A program made the translations under genes and the position numbers. A stretch of 64,000 bases of DNA. It comes from a virus. Lineage: Duplodnaviria > Caudoviricetes. Below the pieces are notes generated by a model. The model was not told the origin of the DNA. It did no database searches and saw nothing but the letters and a program-made list of their open reading frames with translations. Of the stretch, positions 22,350-32,813 are shown in pieces (position 1 is the stretch's first letter; every line of letters starts with the position of its first letter). The DNA lies in the IMG/VR virus record IMGVR_UViG_3300032038_000036, positions 1 to 64,000 of that record. The stretch is one strand, 5' to 3'.

Positions 22350-22973
22350 ATGAAGAATTTGACAATTCATTTCAAGAACGCTTCTGCAATGTGCCTCTAT
22401 TCAATGGAAATGGAAGGACAGATTTCGGATGGCAAGTACGAGAACTCCCGTCCATTTAATCATTGGAAGTGGATTGGAGATGTTGAAACAGCAATTGTTG
22501 ATGGCACAATGGGAATTGCTGCTGTTGCCCATAATTCTCGTTTTTGGGGAGAAGCTAGTTCAAAGAAATATAATCTTCGTGAGTGGAGTGGTTACATTAA
22601 TAAGTGGCGCAAGAAGAATGATTCTGATTACCTCTGGGCAACTCGAATCATTGCTTTCGGTAAGTTCGGTCGCATTTATTCTGATTTGACTTGGGAGAAA
22701 CTTCAGTCACTTGGAGAGGTTCGAATCTTCCTCGAGGATCTTCAGGGTTTGATTGAAAAGGGTGAGACTAATCCTGAGAAGTTGTTCAATACAATTACTG
22801 ATTTTAGAACTTATTCATGGCGCGAGAAATATTATGAACAGTGCAATGAATTTATCACTCTTGATTTTGTAAAGAAGTTCCTTGAGTTGAAATATGATTT
22901 GAAGGAAGTCAAGGAGGACGTCAACTCAATGGAAATGTCAATCAATAAGGATATTAATTTTTGGAAATTCTAA
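22350..22973 (+). CDS. hypothetical early protein
   Basis: first ORF after promoter motif. Confidence 0.7.
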   Translation: MKNLTIHFKNASAMCLYSMEMEGQISDGKYENSRPFNHWKWIGDVETAIVDGTMGIAAVAHNSRFWGEASSKKYNLREWSGYINKWRKKNDSDYLWATRIIAFGKFGRIYSDLTWEKLQSLGEVRIFLEDLQGLIEKGETNPEKLFNTITDFRTYSWREKYYEQCNEFITLDFVKKFLELKYDLKEVKEDVNSMEMSINKDINFWKF

Positions 22974-22974
22974 T

Positions 22975-23457
22975 ATGCATAATAATAATAGTAAAAAGAT
23001 AACACCGTTATCAAAATTTCCAACAGAGGTAATTTTACATTTCTATCGTAAAAATAGACTTTGTTATACTGACCATTATAAATACGTTGAAAATTATAAT
23101 CATAAAACCAACAAGAGAGAATTTTGGATTCCTTTTTATGGACCATTTGAAAAAGATGGAGTAATATATAATCATGTATGCTTAGGATATACAAAATCAA
23201 CAGGTGAGGAATGCCATAAAAAGTTTACAACTGTTAAAAGCAAACAGGATGCTCACTGGGATGAGGATGGATATTATTATGGATATAATGAATGGCAATT
23301 TGGGGATGAAATAAATTTTAGATTTGAAGGATTATATTGGGAAGGTAGAATTCAGGATATTAAAAATGAACTTAATAAACGTGAGCATGTAGGTATCTTT
23401 AATAATAAAGATTATCGAAAGTGGTTGATTAAGTATAGAAAAGCTAAAAAATGTTAA
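22975..23457 (+). CDS. hypothetical protein
   Basis: ORF. Confidence 0.6.
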   Translation: MHNNNSKKITPLSKFPTEVILHFYRKNRLCYTDHYKYVENYNHKTNKREFWIPFYGPFEKDGVIYNHVCLGYTKSTGEECHKKFTTVKSKQDAHWDEDGYYYGYNEWQFGDEINFRFEGLYWEGRIQDIKNELNKREHVGIFNNKDYRKWLIKYRKAKKC

Positions 23458-23496
23458 GACAGAATCTGTAAACACCATATCTTTTTATTAAACATT

Positions 23497-23524
23497 AAAA
23501 AAGGAGGAACATATGTTCCTCCTT
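23497..23524. terminator. terminator between convergent genes
   Basis: AAGGAGGAAC atat GTTCCTCCTT. Confidence 0.8.
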
Positions 23525-23544
23525 AATTTATATAATTACAATTG

Positions 23545-24843
23545 TTATGGCATTACTAATTCTTCATTAAATGCTCCTTCTGTCCATGTTGATGAAGCTC
23601 CAGTTGTCCATGTTTTGAATCCTGCATATGCATCTGCTAATGATTTGTATTCTTTACACCATCTAAATCCAAGTGGTACACAAATCTTTTGTGGAGCTTT
23701 ACCCATTACTGCTGTTAATTCATATGATGTAACTTCGCCTGCAGCATCTGTTTTTGAAACAATAATAGGAATATCAATTAATGAATTATAAGTATTTGCT
23801 GCAACAAAGAAATATTCTGGAACTGATTTAAGCCCGGTATTAACCATCTTACCCATTACTTGACCAACATTAACACCAGCAACTGATACATCTAATGTTC
23901 CACCTGCAGCTAATAAAGTAATTTCAGTTTTTCCGCTTTCAAATATCTTTGCGTAGAAAACAACATCATTAAAATCAAAATCCCCTACATTACCTAAATC
24001 TTCACAAATAATCATTCCTTCTTCTTTAACTTTATCTGGAGGTGTTTGTCCGTTACCTGGGACAATCTTTATAATCCAATCATTGTATATATAATCTCTG
24101 AAGTCCTCTTCATTTGCATTTGCAGGTGCTTGTCTCCATGCTTCATGGTCAAGTCCTACATAATAATTACCATCAATTTCTTCCATTCTCCAGTGATCAT
24201 ATATACGCTCACCACCACTCTGAGAAGTCTTGAAACTCCATTGTGAAGTAGAAGAATTAAACATTAACATACAACCCTGCTCAGTGTTTCCACTATATTT
24301 TCCACCATTGAAATTGTTTACTTCATCGTCATAAGATGTATAAATATTTATATAATTACCTCTTTCTTGTGACCATAAATACTCTGTTACTTCATGACCT
24401 GCAGGGTCTTTACATGCAAGCTGATTCATTTTCTCACCATTAGGTCCACAATAAACTTGCTGTACAAAGAAGTTTGTCCAATTAACTAAATCTGTATAAC
24501 TTTCTTTACCTTTTTGATTAAATACTGCTAATACCTTTGCTCTTTCTTCAGTTGTAATATCTGCTGGCTTTGGGTAATCTTTATATCTTCCATCCCAATC
24601 GTTAGTTCCCCATTGGTTAGAATTAGGTTGTGCAGAACGTGTTATTGCTCTTGCACTAGAAGTCGGATTTGAAAATCCCCAAGTTTGTGATGGAGAAATT
24701 GTACCGAAAGTTTTCTCAAATGCAGCAGCATACTGCATTTCTTTTACTTGTTGTGGAGTATATGATTCTATATCCTTAGTGCAAGATATAAAACCAAATC
24801 CCATAACAATTACAAAAACTAATGTAAAGATTAACTTTTTCAT
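23545..24843 (-). CDS. Bacteroidota-type surface lipoprotein (LruC/DUF4842-like C-terminus)
   Basis: MKKLIFTLVFVIVMGFGFIS-C lipobox; EDLGNVGDFDFNDVVF; YNDWIIKI. Confidence 0.7.
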   Translation of the reverse strand: MKKLIFTLVFVIVMGFGFISCTKDIESYTPQQVKEMQYAAAFEKTFGTISPSQTWGFSNPTSSARAITRSAQPNSNQWGTNDWDGRYKDYPKPADITTEERAKVLAVFNQKGKESYTDLVNWTNFFVQQVYCGPNGEKMNQLACKDPAGHEVTEYLWSQERGNYINIYTSYDDEVNNFNGGKYSGNTEQGCMLMFNSSTSQWSFKTSQSGGERIYDHWRMEEIDGNYYVGLDHEAWRQAPANANEEDFRDYIYNDWIIKIVPGNGQTPPDKVKEEGMIICEDLGNVGDFDFNDVVFYAKIFESGKTEITLLAAGGTLDVSVAGVNVGQVMGKMVNTGLKSVPEYFFVAANTYNSLIDIPIIVSKTDAAGEVTSYELTAVMGKAPQKICVPLGFRWCKEYKSLADAYAGFKTWTTGASSTWTEGAFNEELVMP

Positions 24844-24890
24844 GTTACTTTATTAAATTAATTTAAGTTAAAATTTGATTAAAAATAAAA

Positions 24891-26594
24891 TTAAAATTCT
24901 TGTTCATATTTTGAAGCCTGAACTATAACAGGCTCACCTTTCTTTTGTGAAGCAGATATAATTTTCTTCTTTTCAAGTTTAACACGGATCTTATGACTGA
25001 ACATATCATCACCCATTTCTGCATGATTTATTATAAATATTGTTTTGTCATCTCCCATGTTTTCTTGTAAAAGAGATATCATTATATTTCTTGCATTAAC
25101 ATCCATGTTACTAAATAATTCATCTAAGAAGAGAATATTTAAATCAACATTTGCAATAATATTTTGAAGAATACCAAATATAATTGCAAGGTCAAGAGAT
25201 TTTCTCTGTCCTGTACTTAAATTGTTATAAGAAATTTCTTTATCCCACCCATCAACATAAATATGAGCCTTAAATTCTTGGTCATATTCAATCTTGTAGT
25301 TTTGTTCAAGTTTATTAATAAAGAATTGAATTGAACGATTAATATGAGGTATCAATGTCTCAAGAAGATTATATCGAAGTGTCTTGCTAAATAATTCATT
25401 CATTTCATTCCATTCAGCAATTTCTAAATCACACTTATCAAGTTGTTCTTTAATCTTCTTAATCTTTTCCTCAAGTTCCTTAATTAATACATCATAATTA
25501 TCATTCAGTAATTGAACTGAATCATTATAAGATTTAAGCTCAGCATCAATATTTACAATCTTCTGCTTTAGCTCTGTCATATTGTTTTTACAAGTTTCAA
25601 TATCATTATAATATTTCTTGTCAATATTAATCTTATCTAATTCATATTCTTTTTTCTTCTTATCCCATTCTTTGTAAATTTCAATGTAATTATCATATTT
25701 TTGTTTATATTCATCAATATGTGATTGGTCAATTTTTTGTCCACAAGTAGGACAAATACCAGTCTTAAATGTATTATAATGACTTTTTGCTTGTTGACCT
25801 AATGTCTTTGCTTCAGTCATCTTATCTTGGCATTCTTTAATCTTTGTATCTACTTCTTGTTTTTCAGTAAAGATTTTATTTTCAAAACCTTCTTTCTTTG
25901 TCTTTTCAACGATACCTTGCTCAATATATTCTGCTCTCTTTTTATTAAGAGCATCAACATCAATTGTTTGTGTTAATTCTTTTGTTTGTGATATCTGCTT
26001 TTGTTTAAGATGTTCAATTTGTTCAAGATTTTCATCATATACTGATTGTAATCTTATTGCCTCATTTTCTTGTCCTTTACGTTCAATTTTTACTTCATCA
26101 TTATATTCAGAAAATAATTTAAATCCAAATATATCATCAAGAAATTGTTTAGTTTCACCAACACCCATAGAAGCAAGGCTATTGAATGCATTAAAAGAAA
26201 TAATACACATCTTTGTTACTGCAAGCTTTGGTATGTCAAATATTTCTTCTTCGAGAATAGCTTGTGTATCTTTTTTATTTGATGCTGATAATGTTTTACC
26301 ATTAATTTCAACAATAAGTGGTTCACGAATATTTCTTACAATATGAACTTCCTTATCTTTTGATGTTAAATTAATTTCCACCTCACATGCTTTACAGTTC
26401 CAAGCAACAAGACCTGGATTTGTCTGTCCTTTTACATTACCATAAAGGCCCCATATAAGTGCTTCACCTATAGAGGTCTTTCCTGACCCAATTGGGCCTG
26501 ACAACTTGATAAGACCTTTCATCTTATCAAAATCAAAATAATGAGAACCGTAAAGAGATTTAAAATCAGATATCTTTATGTTATGTATTGTCAT
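24891..26594 (-). CDS. SbcC/Rad50/gp46-like SMC ATPase
   Basis: GPIGSGKT Walker A, CPTCGQ zinc hook, LSTGQ signature, FLDE Walker B, INH H-loop. Confidence 0.93.
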   Translation of the reverse strand: MTIHNIKISDFKSLYGSHYFDFDKMKGLIKLSGPIGSGKTSIGEALIWGLYGNVKGQTNPGLVAWNCKACEVEINLTSKDKEVHIVRNIREPLIVEINGKTLSASNKKDTQAILEEEIFDIPKLAVTKMCIISFNAFNSLASMGVGETKQFLDDIFGFKLFSEYNDEVKIERKGQENEAIRLQSVYDENLEQIEHLKQKQISQTKELTQTIDVDALNKKRAEYIEQGIVEKTKKEGFENKIFTEKQEVDTKIKECQDKMTEAKTLGQQAKSHYNTFKTGICPTCGQKIDQSHIDEYKQKYDNYIEIYKEWDKKKKEYELDKINIDKKYYNDIETCKNNMTELKQKIVNIDAELKSYNDSVQLLNDNYDVLIKELEEKIKKIKEQLDKCDLEIAEWNEMNELFSKTLRYNLLETLIPHINRSIQFFINKLEQNYKIEYDQEFKAHIYVDGWDKEISYNNLSTGQRKSLDLAIIFGILQNIIANVDLNILFLDELFSNMDVNARNIMISLLQENMGDDKTIFIINHAEMGDDMFSHKIRVKLEKKKIISASQKKGEPVIVQASKYEQEF

Positions 26595-27616
26595 TATTGT
26601 TCTTGTAATTTTTGTTTAATTAAATTGTACTTATCATCCAAATGTTGAGGAATATTCTTTTCAATATAAGTTTCAATATTTGTATTGAATCCTTCTGCTT
26701 TCAATGTTTCAGTATTTGTATCATCATCAATAATATGAAGTCTTATATTTGCATTAATATATGTTGTCTTTATTTCTTTAAGATATTCAACATATTTTGC
26801 TTTGTTGATATTATTTGATGATATACATAATTGAACATATGAATTATTAAAATATTCTTCTTTTAATTCAAAAATCTGTTCATTGTATGCTCTTTTGAAT
26901 TGTGGTGTAGTTTCATTTTTAATTTTATCTACAATTTTATAATCTTCCAATATATACAAATATCTGTCTTGATTAACATCATTAAATGTCAATGCAACAG
27001 CAGCCCCTATATTATGTAAATTACAAAGAGCATCTTCCACAATAAAATGTATATGACCTGAATAAATAGGTGTACCTTTGAAAGAAGCTATTCTTGCTCC
27101 AGGCCATGATGTCAAATCTGTATGACAAAAGATTGCTTTTACTTCATTACCAAAATCATAACCATATAAAAGTTCATCAATATGATCTGTATTTTCGGTC
27201 CAATACCATGGAAGCATTAAACAACCATCTTCGGTTATAAAAGGATCACTGTTTACAATTGTAAGATTTTTATGTACTGATAAAAATTCTGGAGTAAACA
27301 ACATATTATATAAATTATATTCAGCAAACTCTTCAAGTGGAGAATAATAATCGTGGTTACCAGCAATCATAAAAAAATGTACGTCTGGAAATTGAGTTAA
27401 CATTTGACGTACTTTCTTTTGAAGTTCAATTCCTACTTGTTGATTAATTGAATATCTTATATCATAAATATCTCCTAAAAATATAACTCTTTTAATGTCT
27501 TTGTTTTGTATTGTTTCAAAAATTTGTTTATCAAAAAATTCCAATTGAGACTCTAACCATGTTAAGGAATTGTTTTTAATTCCTATATGTAAGTCTCCTA
27601 CGACTAATGTTCTCAC
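26594..27616 (-). CDS. SbcD/Mre11/gp47-like nuclease
   Basis: GDLHIG, LGDIYD, GNHD, SGHIH; adjacent to SMC ATPase. Confidence 0.93.
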   Translation of the reverse strand: MRTLVVGDLHIGIKNNSLTWLESQLEFFDKQIFETIQNKDIKRVIFLGDIYDIRYSINQQVGIELQKKVRQMLTQFPDVHFFMIAGNHDYYSPLEEFAEYNLYNMLFTPEFLSVHKNLTIVNSDPFITEDGCLMLPWYWTENTDHIDELLYGYDFGNEVKAIFCHTDLTSWPGARIASFKGTPIYSGHIHFIVEDALCNLHNIGAAVALTFNDVNQDRYLYILEDYKIVDKIKNETTPQFKRAYNEQIFELKEEYFNNSYVQLCISSNNINKAKYVEYLKEIKTTYINANIRLHIIDDDTNTETLKAEGFNTNIETYIEKNIPQHLDDKYNLIKQKLQEQ

Positions 27617-27731
27617 TATTCATAAAAGATATTTTTATTACTTAATGAGATTATTTGTATAAAAATAGTTAATGTTATTCAATTCTTTTAAAAAATTCTG
27701 ATTTAAATTCATAGATATTTTTTATATATAA

Positions 27732-27770
27732 TTTGAATTTTTTAAGATATGTTCTATATTATATTTGTAA
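27732..27770 (+). promoter_or_regulatory. phage promoter motif
   Basis: 39-nt motif copy. Confidence 0.75.
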
Positions 27771-30527
27771 TCAAAATAAATTTAATATGAGTTGGCATTT
27801 AATTACAATGATTGTTTTTTCCGTTCTGTATCTTGGATGGAAGGTTTATGTATACTCTACAAGTATTGAGTTCAACTATTGGACCAAGAAATATGTTGAA
27901 CATACAAAGTGGGAGTGGTTTTGGATTAATACCCGCCGTCGTATCAAAGAATGGAAGTTTATAATTAAAGGCTACTGGGGATGGTACAAATTTAAGCATG
28001 TTTGGCCAATTGTTATTGCTTGGTTAATTTATGGTGGAATCTTTATTTGGTAATCATGGAAAAATATCGTATTAAGACTTCAGATAATACTTGGGCAGCA
28101 TTTATTGTTCCTTTGTTTGCATTTTCAGTAATGAATGGTGACTCTGTTGATTATGAACTTCAAGTTCGTAAAGGATTTTGGATTTTCGGACATTGGGAGA
28201 CAATTCATAAGACGCATTCTTTGGAAGATATTTATATTCATTTGATGAATGATTTTTATAATGTAAAAATTCCTTCTCATTTTGAATGTAAGTACAATAA
28301 GAAGCATAAGTGGTTTGATAGATATTGCACATTATGTTTAAGAAAAAATGGAAATTCATATTGTGCTGGTTATGCTACTGACAATGGAAGATATGAAGAA
28401 TATTGTGTAAGTTATGTTTCTTTTGAAGATGCTCTTTTACAATTAAATAAGAAATTACAAAATTTGAATTACAAACATGATGTTGAATATAAGTTCGTAA
28501 AACCATGTTCAACATTTGGAGATACATTTTAATAATTATTAAATTATGGAAGCTAAAAAGAATGTTATTGAAATTGTAAAGAAAGCTACAAATCAGTTTG
28601 AATATGATGAACATTATTATTTTACTGAAGTTGTAGTTGTTGAAGGAAAAACAAGTATTCGTTCAACAGGAGATATTTGGAAGGCTACTCGTTTCAATAA
28701 TATAACAGCAAAAGATGCTGAGGCATGGTGTAATTTTATTAAAGCACATTTCGGTAAGCATTATGAAATAAATATTAAAACTATTTCATTAACATATGAT
28801 CTTTAATATGGAAGCAAAAGAATTTAGAAACGTATTGTTATTTATGTGTAATCGTTGGTGTAAAGGCGAAAGCAACATAATTTTCAATGGAAGTGATTTT
28901 GACCCAGATAATTGGGAATATTCATTAGGATGGCATATTTGGAATAAATGGATAAACTTTTGTGAAACTCATAATGGATCACTTGATTGTATTGCTGCAT
29001 TTATTCTTGAAGGATTAGATAATGATTGTCTTCAAAAATTAATTAATAGATCACAAGAATATTACAGCAAATAATGAATTATGTTACAGATGAACAAACA
29101 ACAAATTATTTATCAGTTAGAAAGATTACTTGATAAATTGAATGATTGTAAAATAAAAGGTCCAAAAAGTTATTCTCCTTATTTTACTGAAGCAGAACGT
29201 CAAGCATTAGATTATGCAATTAAATTTATGAGGGATGAGAAAAATGATGCATCCAATATTTATAAAATAAAGGATGATTATAATAAAAAATTACAAAGCG
29301 AAATACAAGCGCATTGTGATCATACTTGGGGAGAAGAACATTGGACTTGGAGTTGTGGTGGATATCGTAAATGCACTAAATGTGGAAAGATTGAAGATTT
29401 TTATGAACGTGATTAAATATGAGTACTATATATAAGATTGCAAAGAAGATACAAAGGGTAATTGATAATTTAATTTATTTCTTTGAAAAATGAGTGGATT
29501 AGGAGCAGAAAAAATTATGCAGGAATTAGAAAGTGAATTTACTAAAAACTTTCGAAAAAAGATTGATGAATATTATAAGAAGTCAATTGAAGATTTCCAA
29601 AAAAGCGTAGCAGAATATGGTTTAAGAGAATCATTTACTGCTATTAATTGGGGTGACTGGGAAACTGAAAAAATGCTAGCAAAAGCAGTTAAAGAAAAAC
29701 TTACTGAAGATGGATATTATGTTACTATTCATAGGGAACATTATATAACGATACATTTAGATAGACCTAAATCAAATATATCTTTATGGAAACGATTTAT
29801 AAATAAGTTTAAATAATATGTTAGTATGGGAAGTACTTTTTGGAGAAAAATGTCCAAATAAATGTGAATACAAAGCAAAAAGAGATATTTGTAATAAATG
29901 CAAATATAAACAAGATATATATTGGAATTATGTTATTTGTAAAAATATATGAAAACTTGGAATGATATAAAACTTAATGATTACATATATGTATTAGTAT
30001 ATCATAAAAATGGCTATATTGAAATTAGACGATGTAAAGTTATAAATATAAAAGATTTAACAGATGAATGTATTAAAATAACTTTTAATCATCCTTTGAA
30101 TAAAGATTTAAGTTTTTTAAAATCAGAAAATCATGAATTTCTACTTATTAAAGATATGAGTGTATCTGAAAATGATTGGCAAATTAAAAAACATAAATAT
30201 TTATTAATAACAGAATTTAATGAAAATATAATTAAAGAATTTGAAACAATACATGGAATATAAGAAAGAAGAATTATCAAAAAAACTATTAAGCAGATGT
30301 CAAGTCTGTGTTAATGGTGGTCAAAACAAATTTCCTGATTGTTTAGATTTTGACCCTACAAAAAATTGTTATTACTTTGATGATATAAATGATGATGATC
30401 CTCGAGAAGAAAATTATGATTGTGAGGCATATATGCATGTTGATGATTATAATGAATTGAGAAATTCAATTAAAAAATAATTCATATAATGCAATTTTAG
30501 AAAATTAGCATAATTTTTCTAATATTA

Positions 30528-30565
30528 TTTAATTTTTTGAAAACTGTACTATATTATATTTGTAA
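30528..30565 (+). promoter_or_regulatory. phage promoter motif (variant)
   Basis: 38-nt variant. Confidence 0.65.
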
Positions 30566-30580
30566 TCAAACAGATATTAT

Positions 30581-30886
30581 ATGAAGTATACAGTTTTACA
30601 AATTCCGTTTCCACGTACTGAGGCAGAGGAAAAGATTTTCTGTAAATATGCTTATCGGTCGTTAGATAGTATTGATTATGTTCATCCTGAGTATTACGAG
30701 AAGACATATGAAGGAAATATTGAGACTGATAAGACTGATGAATATGAAATTCTTGAAGAGATTTTTACTTTACTGAATGTTAATCATCCTGAAGATTATA
30801 AAGGACACAGTCTCTCAGTTAGTGATATTGTTGTGTTGAACGGCAAAAAATATTATTGTGATTCTTACGGTTGGGTAGAAAATTAA
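30581..30886 (+). CDS. YodL-like domain protein
   Basis: LEEIFTLLN..HPEDYKGHSLSVSDIVVL...YYCDSYGW. Confidence 0.8.
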   Translation: MKYTVLQIPFPRTEAEEKIFCKYAYRSLDSIDYVHPEYYEKTYEGNIETDKTDEYEILEEIFTLLNVNHPEDYKGHSLSVSDIVVLNGKKYYCDSYGWVEN

Positions 30887-31323
30887 ATATTTGAATTATG
30901 TACGCACTTATAAGACGTGAAATGCTAGTTGGAATATTTTCAACAAAAGAACATATGCGGATTGTCATTGAGCAGATCATTAAGGATGAAAAGGAAACAA
31001 ATGGTACTCCAGTAGGCAATATGAGTTTCCGATATATTAAGTTCAAGCCTAATTGTCCGTGGTTTGAAGGTGCTGATGATATGGAAGCTGGAAAGGCGTT
31101 GTTTACGCTTTCAACTATGCATACTGAAAGATTTCCAAATAAAGTAGAAACTGATTGGTCAACTGGTAAAATTATTAAGTTATGAATATAGAATTAGCAA
31201 ATACACCAACATCAGAAATTCTTGAAGAACTTATTCGTAGAGATAAAAATGGTGATAGTGATTTTCATTTGATGAGTGAGTCTGTTACAAGTTATACTTT
31301 TAAGTTTTGGAAATTTCGTTGAT

Positions 31324-31956
31324 ATGTATCATTTTGTAAAGATCCGTTTTTGTAGAGAAAACAAATCATATTGGTATTTGAAACCAGAATGTAAACAAGA
31401 TATTGAAGATCATTTCAATATAATTGTAAATAAAGATATTGCAATGGGTACTTATGAGCGAGTAAATAATGAATATATTTATAAATCATCAGACGGATCT
31501 ATTAAACGTAATTACCTTAAAAGTTATGAAAGTAATTGGGCTGCATCAGTACAATGGATTAACAATATTTTTGGAGAAGATTGGAATTTTACTGCGCTGA
31601 AACTTCGAAGTAAAACATATGATAATCGTATTGAAGATTTTGAAAAAGGACGCAATATGTATTTATCAAATGGTCTTCCAATTTTTATTTGGCCTATTAA
31701 AAATGATGGTTATTGTGAAATAATTGAAGAGAAATTTGAAAATGAATTGATATATCCAATTGAAGAACATAAACATTTTGCTGATGTAGTATATAATTGT
31801 GATAGATGCTCAAAATGGACAGCAAAAATCGGTAATAGAGAAATTAAAGACAAAGATGGAAATAATTGGTGGTACACAAAACATGAAGCCGAAATTGCTG
31901 CAAGATGGTTTTGTAATTATCTTGAATATAGAATAAGAAATGATTATGAAGATTAA
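31324..31956 (+). CDS. hypothetical protein
   Basis: ORF; likely ATG at 31324 just after upstream TGA. Confidence 0.6.
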   Translation: MYHFVKIRFCRENKSYWYLKPECKQDIEDHFNIIVNKDIAMGTYERVNNEYIYKSSDGSIKRNYLKSYESNWAASVQWINNIFGEDWNFTALKLRSKTYDNRIEDFEKGRNMYLSNGLPIFIWPIKNDGYCEIIEEKFENELIYPIEEHKHFADVVYNCDRCSKWTAKIGNREIKDKDGNNWWYTKHEAEIAARWFCNYLEYRIRNDYED

Positions 31957-31965
31957 TATAAATAC

Positions 31966-32110
31966 AGTCAGCCAGGGAGACTATAAAATCTGTACTGATG
32001 AGACCTGGACGAAATATCCCCGATACGATCCAAATTGATATTTTAAGTACAGAGTCAGCCAGGGAGACTATAAAAACTTATCTGAAGAGACCTGGACGAA
32101 ACTTGATTCT
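31966..32110 (+). ncRNA. tandem hammerhead-ribozyme-like repeats (2 copies, 87-nt period)
   Basis: AGTCAGCCAGGGAGACTATAAAA-N-CTGA(T/A)GAGACCTGGACGAAA twice; CUGANGA and GAAA cores; CCAGG/CCTGG loop-loop pseudoknot. Confidence 0.75.
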
Positions 32111-32112
32111 TT

Positions 32113-32147
32113 AAATGCATTTGCTTGTGAAAGTAGATGCATTTTTT
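32113..32147 (+). terminator. terminator after hammerhead pair
   Basis: AAATGCATTTGCTT gtga AAGTAGATGCATTT plus T tract. Confidence 0.75.
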
Positions 32148-32178
32148 ATATAAAAAAAACATAATTTTTCTAATAATA

Positions 32179-32217
32179 TTTGAATTTTTAATAAAGATTA
32201 CTATATTATATTTGTAA
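32179..32217 (+). promoter_or_regulatory. phage promoter motif
   Basis: 39-nt motif copy. Confidence 0.75.
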
Positions 32218-32237
32218 TCAATAAATAATTAAAGAAT

Positions 32238-32813
32238 ATGAATACAGAGAATACAGCTACACCGCGTCAAAGATGGGCATTGTTTTGCATTACTAAGAAA
32301 GACTATCGTAATGAAATTCTTTCAAAGGAAGAGGCCGCTCGTTTGATTAAGGAGCTTGGAACTCCTGATTACAAGAAGAAGTCAAACAAGAGCCTTTCCG
32401 CTGAGCTCCTTGATTATCTGAAGGAACATTTTGATGAGATGTTTGCTGGAGCTGTTAAGTCGCTTTCAGTCAAATCAATTCTTGAGGATGATGACCACGT
32501 TCCTGCTGACAAAAAGAAGCGTTATGCATTCATTGGTTTCGGCTGTGCAATTACATATTTCAAGTACCGCAAGAACAACAAGCGAGCTGAGGAAATTAAC
32601 AAAGCTCAGTCAAAGTTCCGTTTCGGTGAGATTGAGAAAATGTTCTTGAGTAAGTTTACTGCTAAGGAGCGTAACTATTACAAGAATATCGGTTGTCCAC
32701 TTGAGGCAATTTGGACTCAGGACCAGAACATGCAGCTGTCCTACTATCATACTGTTCGTGAGTTTGCAAAGTCAAAGGGAATTGAGATGGAAGTTGTTTC
32801 TCGTCTTGATTAA
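32238..32813 (+). CDS. hypothetical early protein
   Basis: first ORF after promoter motif; G/C-ending codons enriched. Confidence 0.75.
   Translation: MNTENTATPRQRWALFCITKKDYRNEILSKEEAARLIKELGTPDYKKKSNKSLSAELLDYLKEHFDEMFAGAVKSLSVKSILEDDDHVPADKKKRYAFIGFGCAITYFKYRKNNKRAEEINKAQSKFRFGEIEKMFLSKFTAKERNYYKNIGCPLEAIWTQDQNMQLSYYHTVREFAKSKGIEMEVVSRLD

Noticed and set aside
31966-32110. Mini CRISPR array
   Set aside because: Only two units, and each repeat is interrupted and contains hammerhead cores; no cas genes nearby
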